Origin: Nemertoderma westbladi
Lineage: Eukaryota > Animalia > Xenacoelomorpha
Length of the DNA stretch: 32,365 bases
NCBI GenBank assembly: GCA_032718475.1
Contig: JAUCBJ010002950.1
Span: 1-32,365, forward strand
Reading direction: 5' to 3'
Shown: piece after piece, positions 11,467 to 22,091 of the stretch
Numbering within the stretch: the stretch's first letter is position 1
Layout of the letters: each line of letters starts with the position of its first letter
Position numbers and translations under genes: made by a program
Notes under the pieces: model-generated
The model's database searches: none
Seen by the model: the letters and a program-made list of their open reading frames with translations, nothing else
Told to the model about the DNA's origin: nothing

Positions 11467-14400
11467 TTACTCGGGCTGTTTCTTTCAAATTCGGTGTGCA
11501 ACAAGATATGATGTTTCGCGCCGCACTTAGCACACCTCGCATCGGAGTAACAGGTACGCCGTTGGTGTCCTTGTCTGAGACAATTATAACACAACCGCTT
11601 ATCCCACATGACATCACGTCAATCTTTTAGGGATTTCTTTAAGAATTCATCACACACACTTAAACGGTGGGGCCTGTCGCACAATGCACATTTTGGTTTG
11701 ATGTTACGTACTTTACCTTGGGTAATGTTGTGCACACTCGTTCTTTCCTCGGGCTTTCTTCCATGAACTCTCTTAGGAGACGTAGGAGGAGTTTTTGTTA
11801 CCTGTTCTCTCCTGTCACTGGTTCGAGACTTAAATTTACTTACGTCTTTAGGTGCTTTGTTGACATAGTAAGATCTTTCGGTGTCTTTCCCGTTGTTCTC
11901 CTCTTGAGAGGTCTGGCTTTCGCTGTCGTCTGTATAACACACTGGTGTTACCTTTCTCCTAGAAACGGGTTTTTCACTTACCTTATTTTCCGGTGTCTTC
12001 TCTCTGGACTGCTTTAGGAGCTGTAATTTTACCTCTCCATCTAAGAATGACATGAGGTCAGCCATGGTAGGGTCTCTTCGTTGTTGTTCCATCATATATA
12101 GAACTCTTTTGTCCCAACGAGTACCTACTCCACCCTTTGGCAAGGTAGATGCTACAGCTCCAATAACCATAGAACTCTGATACTCATGAGACTTACCTAG
12201 CCAATCTAATTGTCTACAAATCTCCTGGATCTCATCGGAAAATTCTATAATCCCGCTGCTAAGAAACTTTCGTGGCGCTACCAATTTCGGTAACAAGTAC
12301 CTAGCTATGTTATTCCTATTACCATACCTGATGTTTAGTGTATCCCAGACTTGTCTTAATCCATCTGGATGTCCAATAAACTTTAACGCCATTAACTTGG
12401 GAGATCCTTCCAAGCACTCGATGAGGAATCTAAGTTTCTCTCCGTTAGATAGCACAGAGTTCTGTATGTTATCTTTATAATATTCATTAAAAGGTAACCA
12501 TTTCATCTCATCTCCATTGAACTTGACGATCTCTCCCACCGTTACCGCTTGACGGGCTTCGGTTCTAGCCATTTGACGCGTAAAACTTTCTTGGGCCATC
12601 GTATTATTTAATATCGAGTTATCAGTATATAAATTTCTAGGATTATGATCAGGTCTATATGGAATATCATTATCAACAGGTTTATCATTACCCTTAATAG
12701 GGTTTACTATAGGAGTTTCTACTTCACTAGCAGTATAGATGTGTGTAGGCTCCACACCTTGCGCATGAAATACTTCAGACCTAACAGGTTGACACATTGT
12801 TACAGGGGGTGGTGTTATACCCCTTTGTATATTTACTAATTTATCGCGTTCTAATGCGATACTCTGCTGCACTTCTTGCAGTTCTAACCTACCCTCTCTT
12901 ACTGTTCCCTTTAACTGCTGCACAGTCCCTTCCATTTCTCGGACGTGCTGGGAGGAACGTAGGCGCTGTTCCTCCAATTGCCCAAGCTGGAGATCCATCC
13001 CCCGCCGTCCCTCATCCACCCACTCGACCGCCGAAGCGGGAGCTGCCAATATAGTAGCGGGTAGACGAGGGACGACGGGCGATAAATCGTTGATGTCTCG
13101 CTCGGCGTCCAAGACTGGGACTGTTTCTGTGGCTATTCTATTGGGCACAGGTAATTTAGTACTGTGCAAAGGGAATTTAGAGTTAGGTTCTGGAAGTACA
13201 GGTGTCTCTATCACCGAAGGGGTGGCTTCGAGAACAGGCCTAATTATTTCAGGCTCATCTACTATAGTAGGGAGTCTTTCTACTCTAATAATTTGGTCTG
13301 TGGGTTCTGTACTACCTAAGTCTGCACTAGCTAGTTGTCTTCTCACAGCTGGGGGCAAATTAGGCAATTTCTGATGGTGAGGTGTTCTTCTACGTCTGCT
13401 GGAACGAGATCTATTTCCTCCGCCTTCAGGATCTGTTGTATCGCCTTCATCAGATGATGTAAATCCCTGTCTCTTGGGAGTAGATCGACTTATCATCTGC
13501 ATCTGCTTATCTGTTCTTTGTTTATTGAAGTAGTCTTGCTTCTCTTGAAGATTTTCCAACTCTAGTTGGACTGTCTCTTCAGATGCCCTCCGTTCTGCTG
13601 CTGCCACTGCCTCTGCCGCCTTTCTTTCCGCTTCTGCCGCTGCTACCTTTCTTTCCGCTTCGGCCTCTGCCGCTGCCATTTTTCTTTCCGCTTCTGCCGC
13701 CTTTCTTTCCGCTTCTGCCGCTGCAGCTGCCGCTTTTCTTTCAGCTTCTGCCGCTTTTCTTTCCGCTTCTGCCGCTGCAGCTGCCGCTTTTCTTTCAGCC
13801 TCTGCCGCTGCAGCTGCCGCTGCCGCTTTTCTTTCAACTTCTGCTGCGGCCGCTGCTGCTGCCTTTCTGTCTTCTATCCGTTTTTTCTTTAATTGTTCTT
13901 CCTGTTCCCTAGCGATGAGGATACTTTCATCAAATTTAGCTTGTTCTACGGCTAACATTTCTGCATCTAATGCGTCTAACACAAATTTAGCTCCCTCACT
14001 AGAAGGATGAAGTCCAGATAGTCGTCTCCTTAGCTCTTCGTCGCCTATAAATCGTTGATAGTCCGACAGATAGATGTCAATGGCGTCCTTCTTCTGAGGT
14101 TTCTCTAATGTAACCTCGCTTTCCACCTGAGAAAAGGTAGCGTCTGTTGATTCTCCGTGGGTCGAGCGCTCAGTTAGCTGAAATTTCCATTGGGTCGTTC
14201 CTTGAACTTTGAGACTCACCCGTTGGAACCAAGTCTTTACGGCAACTTGCAACGACGTGTCTTGGCTTCTTTTCGAAGCTTCCTCAAAGGCCGATAGGAT
14301 TAGTCTGATTCTTAGGATACGTTCTCGAACTTGATAAAGCAGCTCTCCCTGCTCTTGGGGTCCTTGGGGTTGTTGAAACAGTTGTTCCTCTAATCGCTCC

Positions 14401-15041
14401 AAAGAGCTGAAGAACCCCTGTACATATCCTGCTGCCGACCTCTTCCACACAGCTGGATCTCTAGTGCCCTTCACCACTCCCATCCTGTATAAGTCCTCCC
14501 AGGCAGCTTCCGATAATTTAAACGGGAGTCCGGGTCCGGGGAAGTTCCATTGCGTCTCGACAATAGACTTCAGTTCCTCCATTGTGTATCCCGCATAACT
14601 GTCCTTGGTCGATCGCTTACTTCTCGCCCAATCGATTTGATGTTCCTCCACCGCAATCAATACTCTAGTGAGTACGGCTTCAGGAAGAATGAGAAGTGGA
14701 TCCGAATAAACTACTTCTGCTATCTTTGCTCCGCGCTCGGGTGTCAACTCTACAGTATCGGAACTACTGGAGCTATCGGGCCGCTGAGAAATAAGTTCTC
14801 GGCTCGGGTGTTGCTGCTGTTTAACAGCTGCCTCTTGGTCCCGCTTGACTTGAGCCCGAGTGCCTATGATAGACCTACGGTGCTTTACTAGCCTAGGGTC
14901 TGATACTACTACTGAAGGGATGACTTTTCTTACAGTAGGAGGGGACTTGAACTTTGGTCTCAAATGTTCGGTACTCCTGTCGGAGTCGCAGAAGGTTGTT
15001 TCTAGGAGACTATCTGACAGAGTTTGCTTTGTGTAAGCCAT
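11463..15041 (-). pseudogene. gag: BEL/Pao gag with long N-terminal extension, capsid-like (DUF1759-type) region and three Zn knuckles
   Basis: 1140-aa ORF with KFNGDEMKWLPF...EKLRFLIECLEG...LNIRYG. CALCDRPHRLSVC precedes a premature TGA (11619-11621); in frame after it come CYNCLRQGHQRRTC and CAKCGAKHHILLH. Frame change to protease at ~11466. Confidence 0.92.
13595..13868 (-). repeat. Coding tandem repeat (AAAAEAERK)n inside gag
   Basis: Repeated GCAGCGGCAGAAGCGGAAAGAAA(A/G) variants, about 9 ERK units; alpha-helical/coiled-coil composition. Confidence 0.9.
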
Positions 15042-15177
15042 GTTTGATTGTACAGTTGAATGCCTACTACTATAACAACAGTTAAAGCAAATCTAGTAAT
15101 TCAGTATCAACTGTTAGCCTAGTAATTAATTACCGATATCATTACTCAATGTAACGTGATATATATATAATATATTA

Positions 15178-15431
15178 GAATACCGGTATACACTTATAGT
15201 ATATATATAAGTATTATTACAGACTAGGGTTTGTCACAGAATACCGGTATATAATTTCAGCATAAATATATATAAATATATAATAAGCCTACCGTGAATA
15301 CCGGTATGCAGCTCACACTTATAGTATATATAAGTATAATTATAGACTAGAATTAATTACAGAATACTGGTATATAATTTCAGCATAAATTTATATAAAT
15401 AAATATAATAAGCCTACTATAAATACCGGTA
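15178..15431. repeat. About 120-bp tandem duplication in the 5' leader, punctuated by ATACCGGTA roughly every 60 bp
   Basis: CACTTATAGTATATA...AGACTAG...CAGAATAC(C/T)GGTATATAATTTCAGCATAAAT...AAGCCTAC occurs twice (15178-15296, 15296-15420). Confidence 0.85.
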
Positions 15432-16936
15432 ATGTCAATTATTTTAGAATAACTGAATTTCTGAATTTTAGGATTACTTTCCTTTACTTTATTACTGTTA
15501 TTAAGCAGTAGACCAACTGATATTAAGACCTAATTGATGTATGACAGGCCTACTATTTTATAAATCGGTTTGATTTGATTTATAATATATATATACCCTT
15601 ATAATGGGTTTTTGACAATATTTGAAATAAATGTTATTATTTCTGGTAAGGAGTCACTACACAGAAGCTGTACGCTCTCAGTGAAGTGCTACTTGTTGGA
15701 CACTAAAACAAATAATTCTACTTGACTAAGTTACTTATTACTACAAATTACGTACAATTACTGGGTGAGATTACAATCTCTAAATAAACACAAAAATTAC
15801 ACGTACAAATTTTAGGGTAATCTTACAGGAAATCTACAAACCAGCCTAACAAGGGTTAGAATTTCTGGTTATTACAAACGGAAAGGAAACTACGGTATTT
15901 GAAAATAATTAAGCAGTAGTAAATAAATTGCGTTGTCCAGATAAGAAAATACCACCGTCTGACGACTTATAGTCTTTAGCTGTACAGCTCTATAAGTACT
16001 ACGTTATGTACCCGGAGTGTTCTTACCTAGAAGTTAATTACCGCAGCCAACCAGAGCTAACGTGCCTATTAACCACTTTACAACACAAATATACCGCCTA
16101 CACACTAATTACCTTCGGAAAGTATTGTACACTAAACCCTAAATTAGGTACAAGTACTTATACAACAAATAACCAGCAGTTAAAAATACTTGTACAGCCA
16201 AAAGAACCACGGTATCTGCTGGAGTGACTAGAGCATAAAATCACCAGTCTTCACCTACGCCAAGCAGCCCTGATGTAGTACCGGGGTTAATTTAACTATA
16301 ACGGTATGTATAACAAGCACAATTACTGTAGGAATAAACTTGGGGAGTTATGTATGTTGCGAATACTCGCATATACTCTGAATAATAAATATTACGCTAC
16401 CCGTGCAGACTACACAAACAAAATACAAACCAAACGCTGGCAGACTACTATCAAGCCTAAATAAACTACAGTATATGCAGACTCCGAAATGGTTAGTTAG
16501 TATGCGTTCTAACTGAGTAGTATGACTTATTCTTTCGGGGGGGATTTACCTTACAGCACTGGATGCCCCCACCTTCCTAACTAGTACTTTATCGGACATA
16601 CACTCTACACACACTGCAATCTCTTCAGACTTAACGACAGTCAGACAACAATCCAGCCTACAAATTATTTATACAATCTGAGCAGGCTTACACGCCTTCT
16701 GCTCAATATTACACTTACAAATAAATAAAACTGACAGAAATAAGTAAAATCCCAATAAAAAACCAGGGCTGCAGTCCCTGATTAAATTTCAAGACCTACC
16801 GGTATATAATTATCAAAATCGAATAATACTGCTGTACCTGTAAGTACCGGTTCGGGTAGTCGGGCAGTCAGGCCTACAGCTTACCGGTCGACCGGTACGT
16901 TTGACTTTATTGCCTACGGTGTAATAAAGAATCTGA

Positions 16937-16947
16937 AAATCTATTAT
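16937..16947 (-). other. Non-tRNA primer-binding site candidate (ATAATAGATTT), complementary to LTR 17768-17778
   Basis: First 11 nt after the 5' LTR in element sense. No TGG start. Perfect reverse complement of element-sense AAATCTATTAT in both LTRs (17768-17778, 3080-3090). Confidence 0.65.
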
Positions 16948-18192
16948 TGTTCGCGCTTTCAGACCTTTAGCAGTTTAACCTGCCAATTTTAGGTGTCCTC
17001 TTGTTTATAAATCGACTTTAGCCTATAACAATTATTTAATGCACATGAAGTAACATTAGCCGAAGCCAGTCTATGCGCGATCATTCACCCACAGTTAAGG
17101 GAGACTGGATTCGGATGCTTTGACCTTATTGCGTTGCAGACCTACTGTATTATCCGATTGATTGTTACTATATAATCTCTGACAATATTATTCACTTTCG
17201 GGGAAATATTAACAGTTCCTTTAGGACGTGGCGCTTTAAGTATAAAACAGAGTCATGACTTATACTAAACACAACGAGATGGCTACTGATTTTCGTAAAT
17301 AGTGTATTCTTTAGGAGATGCTTTATTATCTGTCACACTGCTGCATACGATTTCACACTGCTGCACACTGATCTGCCGACCGTCACTGAATTTGATCATA
17401 TATAAGGAGGATAGCAACTGACACATGTAGGGATTATGAAATAGCATTTAATGCACACTAAAACCTCTGTAATGTAAGTCGCAATTGCTACCGGTAACCG
17501 GTCCCTCTAACCTTTAGTCATCAAGAAGATTGGGGGTTTTATGATTATTTATCGATATTCTCCAAATATAACAACATATCCATCAACATATAACCATTAA
17601 TAACAGACAGTAAACAGAAGTACAATAATGCGGTGATATTCAGCCAGTATCGGTAATACCGGTACCGCAGGTGCCAAGTGACCAGTTGTTATGGTTAGTT
17701 GCACAGTGCAGCAGGGCCAGGTGTTATTCAGTCAGTCCAGTTGACAGGTGATGCAGTTGATGGCCAGATAATAGATTTACGTTCTTGTAATCAAAGCCGT
17801 CTAATGTTGGCCAAAGTCTGAAACTTCTAACACAGAAGTACAGAATAATTTCCAAGCAGTTGTTCTCGCTCAGAAAGGTAAACAAAGACCGTAATGCATT
17901 GCGCGATTTCCTGTAGGTTTCTGTGCAATATAAAATGAAAATCGCTCTGATTGGCCGAGCGAGCCTGAACAAAGAAAGTTCCACATCGACAGCAAATCAG
18001 CTGACAGATTTCGTCATCTGAACTACACTCTATTTAGAGTATTTGGCGTATTGCGGCATAAAATGGCTTGTTATGTCCGCTAAAACACCTACAAGGTACA
18101 TTGCGGAGAAAATGGCTTGTTATGTCCGCTAAAACAACTAAACAGTTCTTTGCGGAGAAAAATGACTGGTTATATCCGCAAAAGCTTTTACA
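16948..18192 (-). repeat. 5' LTR (1245 bp)
   Basis: Direct repeat of 2252-3504, upstream of gag in element sense. Contains a CCAAT box (GGCCAATCAG, minus strand, ~17947-17956). Confidence 0.97.
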
Positions 18193-18197
18193 ATAGT
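18193..18197. repeat. Right 5-bp target-site duplication (ATAGT)
   Basis: Identical to 2247-2251. Confidence 0.95.
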
Positions 18198-18204
18198 TGA
18201 TTAC

Positions 18205-18238
18205 TGCTTGATAAAGGCCTGTTGGCTGAAATATAGCA
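18205..18238 (+). ncRNA. Minimal type I hammerhead ribozyme motif (U3:A8 variant), inverted copy
   Basis: TGC-TTGATAA-AGGCC-TGTT-GGCT-GAAA-TATA-GCA. GAAAUAUA parallels the GAAACGUC of minimal PLE hammerheads, with a palindromic stem III. Reverse complement of the 2150-2188 copy apart from a 5-nt duplication. Confidence 0.72.
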
Positions 18239-18646
18239 TTATTATTATTATAAACCGATTACGTGATATAGACCACATTCAACTTATATTACTATGATTG
18301 CTCCCGTAACCTGGGCGATGAATTATCTTAGAAGTTTACACACCTTTTTGCTATGGGATAGTGTTAGCCAATGAGGTGAGCTTATTTAAGGAACAACCAA
18401 TTAATTAGAAGCCCAGAAATATTTCCATAGGTAGAAACGATACCCCAATTGGAAATATGCCACCGGTTCTGCAATAAATCTGTATTCTTCATTTTTTATC
18501 CTCTGTATTATTTTTTTTCTTGGTCGACATTCATTTTATTTTATTTATGGTGAGCATCATACCAATACACTGGCTACCCAGACACTACAGTAACTCTATT
18601 TCACCAATCAACGATTGCGATCATAGATTCCCAGTCCCACCACCTC

Positions 18647-19560
18647 CGGATCCCACACTTCTCTCTGCATCAACCTGGTATTTGGTTCCATCAGTTGGAA
18701 GCGTATTTCTCCATGAAAAAAAAACTAGCGATGAAGATCCGATAAACCTACTGTTTACCCAGTTGCCAACAGAGCAGACTGCGATCATTTCTTCTTCTGA
18801 ACAAAACCTTCAATGATGCGAAGGAGTTACACAAACACTCAATCAGTGAATCAAAATTCGAACTGATTAGAAAGGCCATTGCATCTTTTACAGTTCAGGA
18901 AGGAGAACGCCCATATTCTGCCATCCAACGAATTAAAATATTCGCCAATGCTGTTGATATGCCAGAGAAGAGAGAACAGGAGATAATTGCACACCTCATT
19001 GAGGCGATGCCTACTGAATCAGCTCCATCCGCATGTGCTACCCTGACCAGAAATCAACTGGGCGACTTCCTCAAAATCACTTGTCCCTGCTTTTGCAGCA
19101 ACGGCGATGCACACTCGACCTACGTACCCCCACTACACAGTGAATGTTCTGCAACACGACTATCATGAGCAAACAGGAATCTGCAGTAATTATCGGGATC
19201 GGCTGGTGTTCCGCCACTTTTCCCGCAATCCATCGCCGCCTCATGATCGCTATCAGCCTCAGACCACGCACCCTGACACCCTTCTCCACCAACCACTTCA
19301 CCAAAGTGTACAAGGCCAGTATCTTTTTGGTTTCCCATTTGTGCCAATTTCCAAAGATCAACAGTCAAAACCCTCGGGTGTTCTCTCTGGTGAACCATCG
19401 CAGGAACCATCTCCCCACTCATGTCCACAGCCAGGGAACTAGACACCCGTCCAGTCAACGCAAGTCATTCACTACATATTGAAACCCAGATCAACAACAA
19501 ACCCATGGATTTTCTTGTAAATAGTGGGGCAACTGACAGTGTTTTACCTCCCTCGATGTG
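18647..19560 (+). pseudogene. Degenerate Ty3/Gypsy gag-protease relic
   Basis: An alternative frame reads RIPHFSLHQPGIWFHQLEAYFSMKK-TSDEDPINLLFTQLP (invertebrate Gypsy gag N-terminal motif). A gag-like end ...PGN* at 19442 is followed by INNKPMDFLVNSGATDSVLP (protease with catalytic D changed to N). Multiple frameshifts; no RT or LTRs recognised. Confidence 0.72.
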
Positions 19561-20346
19561 TTCCAATATATATTCATTTATGCATACACTTTTAGAGCAT
19601 GTAATCGATTTTTCACGCCTTCGTAGGCAGCACTATAAAAATATACTCCCTCGTGATTCTAATTTTAGATGCATGTATTTAATTATTCCCATATTATCCC
19701 CATCCGCACCCCTTAATTCAAGCCCCTGCCATTTGCCATCCAATATACAACGCATGACAACAATGCATTGATATGCATGATATACAATGCATTACGACAC
19801 TATATTGCGGGGGTATAATTGTTAATTTTAATCGTTAATCAGTATTTCACGAAATACCATCCGCATTATTAATCTTCTTGTTGTTCTTCCTTCACATTGC
19901 TTTTCTTAATTCAACTCAATAAACAGTAATTATATATAAAAAAAATCTCAAGATACAACTTGTCTGGATACAAGCGGTGAGTTTCGTTTATCATGTTTAC
20001 AACATCTGCAGTTAGACTCCTACAGTGTTGCAGATGTATTTATGTTCCTTACCAACCGCCCTATCGCGGCGTGTCTAAAACTTGTAAAACTGCTACAAGT
20101 ACTTCAGGCGACGGTAATTGGTAACAGTCTTGACACAGACATTTTCCCCATGACTTTCCTGGAAGAGCTACAGTATATTCTATTACTCATTAGTTGCTCC
20201 ACTACCTCCTCAACCTGACTATCAGGTACAGAACAACCTTTAATAATTGGTCTGTCACTCAAGGGCACACAGAACAAGATAATGCTGTCAATTATCAAAT
20301 TTATTTTCCATCATAGACATACAGTAGTATTTTATAGGCTTCACCT

Positions 20347-22091
20347 TAGAGATGGACACGACACGGGCCGGGCCGGGGGCCGCATTTTAAATATTTGAAC
20401 GCCCGCTATTGTTGAATAATTATATTATCCAGTTAAAAAAAAAATATGACAATTTTTGTATACTTTTTATTCACAAAATTAAATGTATATATTTAATTTT
20501 CATGTTAGTAGGGTTGTTTCATGATTTAATTATGTCTTTGTTTAACTTTGTAATGTACATTTGCTACATACTCAGACTCACATACGGTACATATATATAC
20601 CTATAATACACAGACTCATAAGTAGGCTTACCACCTGGTTACGCGAACTTTGTTCCAATGAGAGTAGCTCAACTGCCAACTTTGTTCCAATGGTAGATAA
20701 CTTTGTTCCAATGGTTAAGATCTTTGTTCCAATGGTTGCGAACTTTGTTCCAATGGTTGTGAACTTTGTTCCAATGAGAGTAGTTCAACTGCGAACTTTG
20801 TTCCAATGGTAGAGAACTTTGTTCCAATGGTTGCGAACTTTGTTCCAACGGTTGCGAACTTTCTTCCAATGGTTGCGAACTTTGTTCCAATCGTTGCGAA
20901 CTTTGTGCCAATTAGAGTAGTTCAACTGCGAACTTTGTTCCAATGGTAGAGAAGTTTGTTCCAATGGTTGAGAACTTTGTTCCAATGGTTGCGAACTTTG
21001 TTCCAATGAGAGTAGTTCAACTGCGAACTTTGTTCCAATGGTAGCTAGAACTTTGTTCCAATGGTTGTGAACTTTGTTCCAATGAGAGTAGTTCAACTGC
21101 GAACTTTGTTCCAATGGTAGAGAACTTTGTTCCAATGGTTGTGAACTTTATTCCAATGGTTGAGAACTTTGTTCCAATGGTTACGAACTTTGTTCCAATA
21201 GATGCGAAACTTGTTCCAATCAACTTAATATAGGCTAACATAATAAAGTTTTACGCAAAATATAACAAAGTTTTGTCAGTCAGGAAGCATTTGGGTACGT
21301 TTAGAAAGATAAGGAAACGTATCTGCAAGGTGGTCAGTTAAGCAGACTGATGGGAATCAACCTGGGCCTGGGGCAATACACTACACAGCTGTATACCACT
21401 GTCTCCTCTTAATTAATACAGATCCCGTCAGAGTCTGGCAATTTACAAATAGGTATTTTCAAACTTCACCCGTGTAATAATGCAAGCTAAGGTGATCAGG
21501 ACGAAACTTGTCCATTATCTCTATAGAGCATCACACACTGTATTCTCTACACTATTATAGGCCTACATCTCGCCTCACCCTAGTCTGCTAAAATAACCAA
21601 CCAATAGGCTAGTCAACTAGGCCTACTACAGTAAAACAACGACAACAATAGGCCTACTAACAACAAAGTGAATTCCGGTACCGGTAATGTTTGCTAAGCA
21701 AACAACAGCATATTTTATCAGTTTCTGCTGTTGAAATCAAACGTGTAACGCGTACTACATTATTTCATTTTAAACAACAAACATAATGTATTAATTAACA
21801 TGGTAAACCTACGCAACGTGTACCGGTATATCTGTCTGCATCGTATATTTCGAGTTTTCTAATGCACAAACAACAATAACAATGGCTCACGATGACAAAC
21901 TGATATTGTATTTGGAATCAGTGTATGTAAAATGGTCAGAAACGCAAAAAAATTATTTTATGCTGTACTGTTTAGAAAAATTAAAATTAACGGCCTTGGC
22001 CGGGCCGGGCCGGGTAGGGGCTGGGGCGGCCGAGACCCAACGGGCCGGGGCCGGGCCCAGGCCGCGAAATGCTGTCCCGTGTCCATCTCTG
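20347..22091. mobile_element. Non-autonomous hAT-like DNA transposon
   Basis: TIRs TAGAGATGGACACG (20347-20360) and CGTGTCCATCTCTG (22078-22091), 13/14 match. GGGCC-rich subterminal repeats at both ends. Flanking 8-mers CTTCACCT / CTTCATCC (6/8) fit an aged 8-bp TSD. No transposase. Confidence 0.8.
20645..21220. repeat. Composite minisatellite of 21-bp (GAACTTTGTTCCAATGGTTGC) and 32-bp (GAACTTTGTTCCAATGAGAGTAGTTCAACTGC) units
   Basis: Roughly 24 copies of the core AACTTTGTTCCAATG with two alternative tails. Confidence 0.95.

Larger units (their letters stand above)
2252..18192 (-). mobile_element. Full-length BEL/Pao (Belpaoviridae) LTR retrotransposon, coding-defective
   Basis: Two direct TGT...ACA LTRs, 5-bp TSD, domain order gag (three Zn knuckles)-PR-RT-RH-IN. 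BEL-type motifs: DIEGMFLQV, YMDD, LHVFGDAS, PRAEL, NPADIASRG, GVDLFGP, SDKGTNF, WGGSWER, LTPVHFL, RPVGRLCLLE. Confidence 0.97.

Noticed and set aside
11460-11480. Programmed gag-pol frameshift
   Set aside because: No slippery heptamer; the protease frame has TAA immediately before the overlap; BEL/Pao normally has one ORF, so a mutation is more likely.
20645-21220. CRISPR-like appearance of a constant core with variable tails
   Set aside because: Tails are 6 or 17 bp and recur rather than being unique spacers; eukaryotic context; no cas genes.
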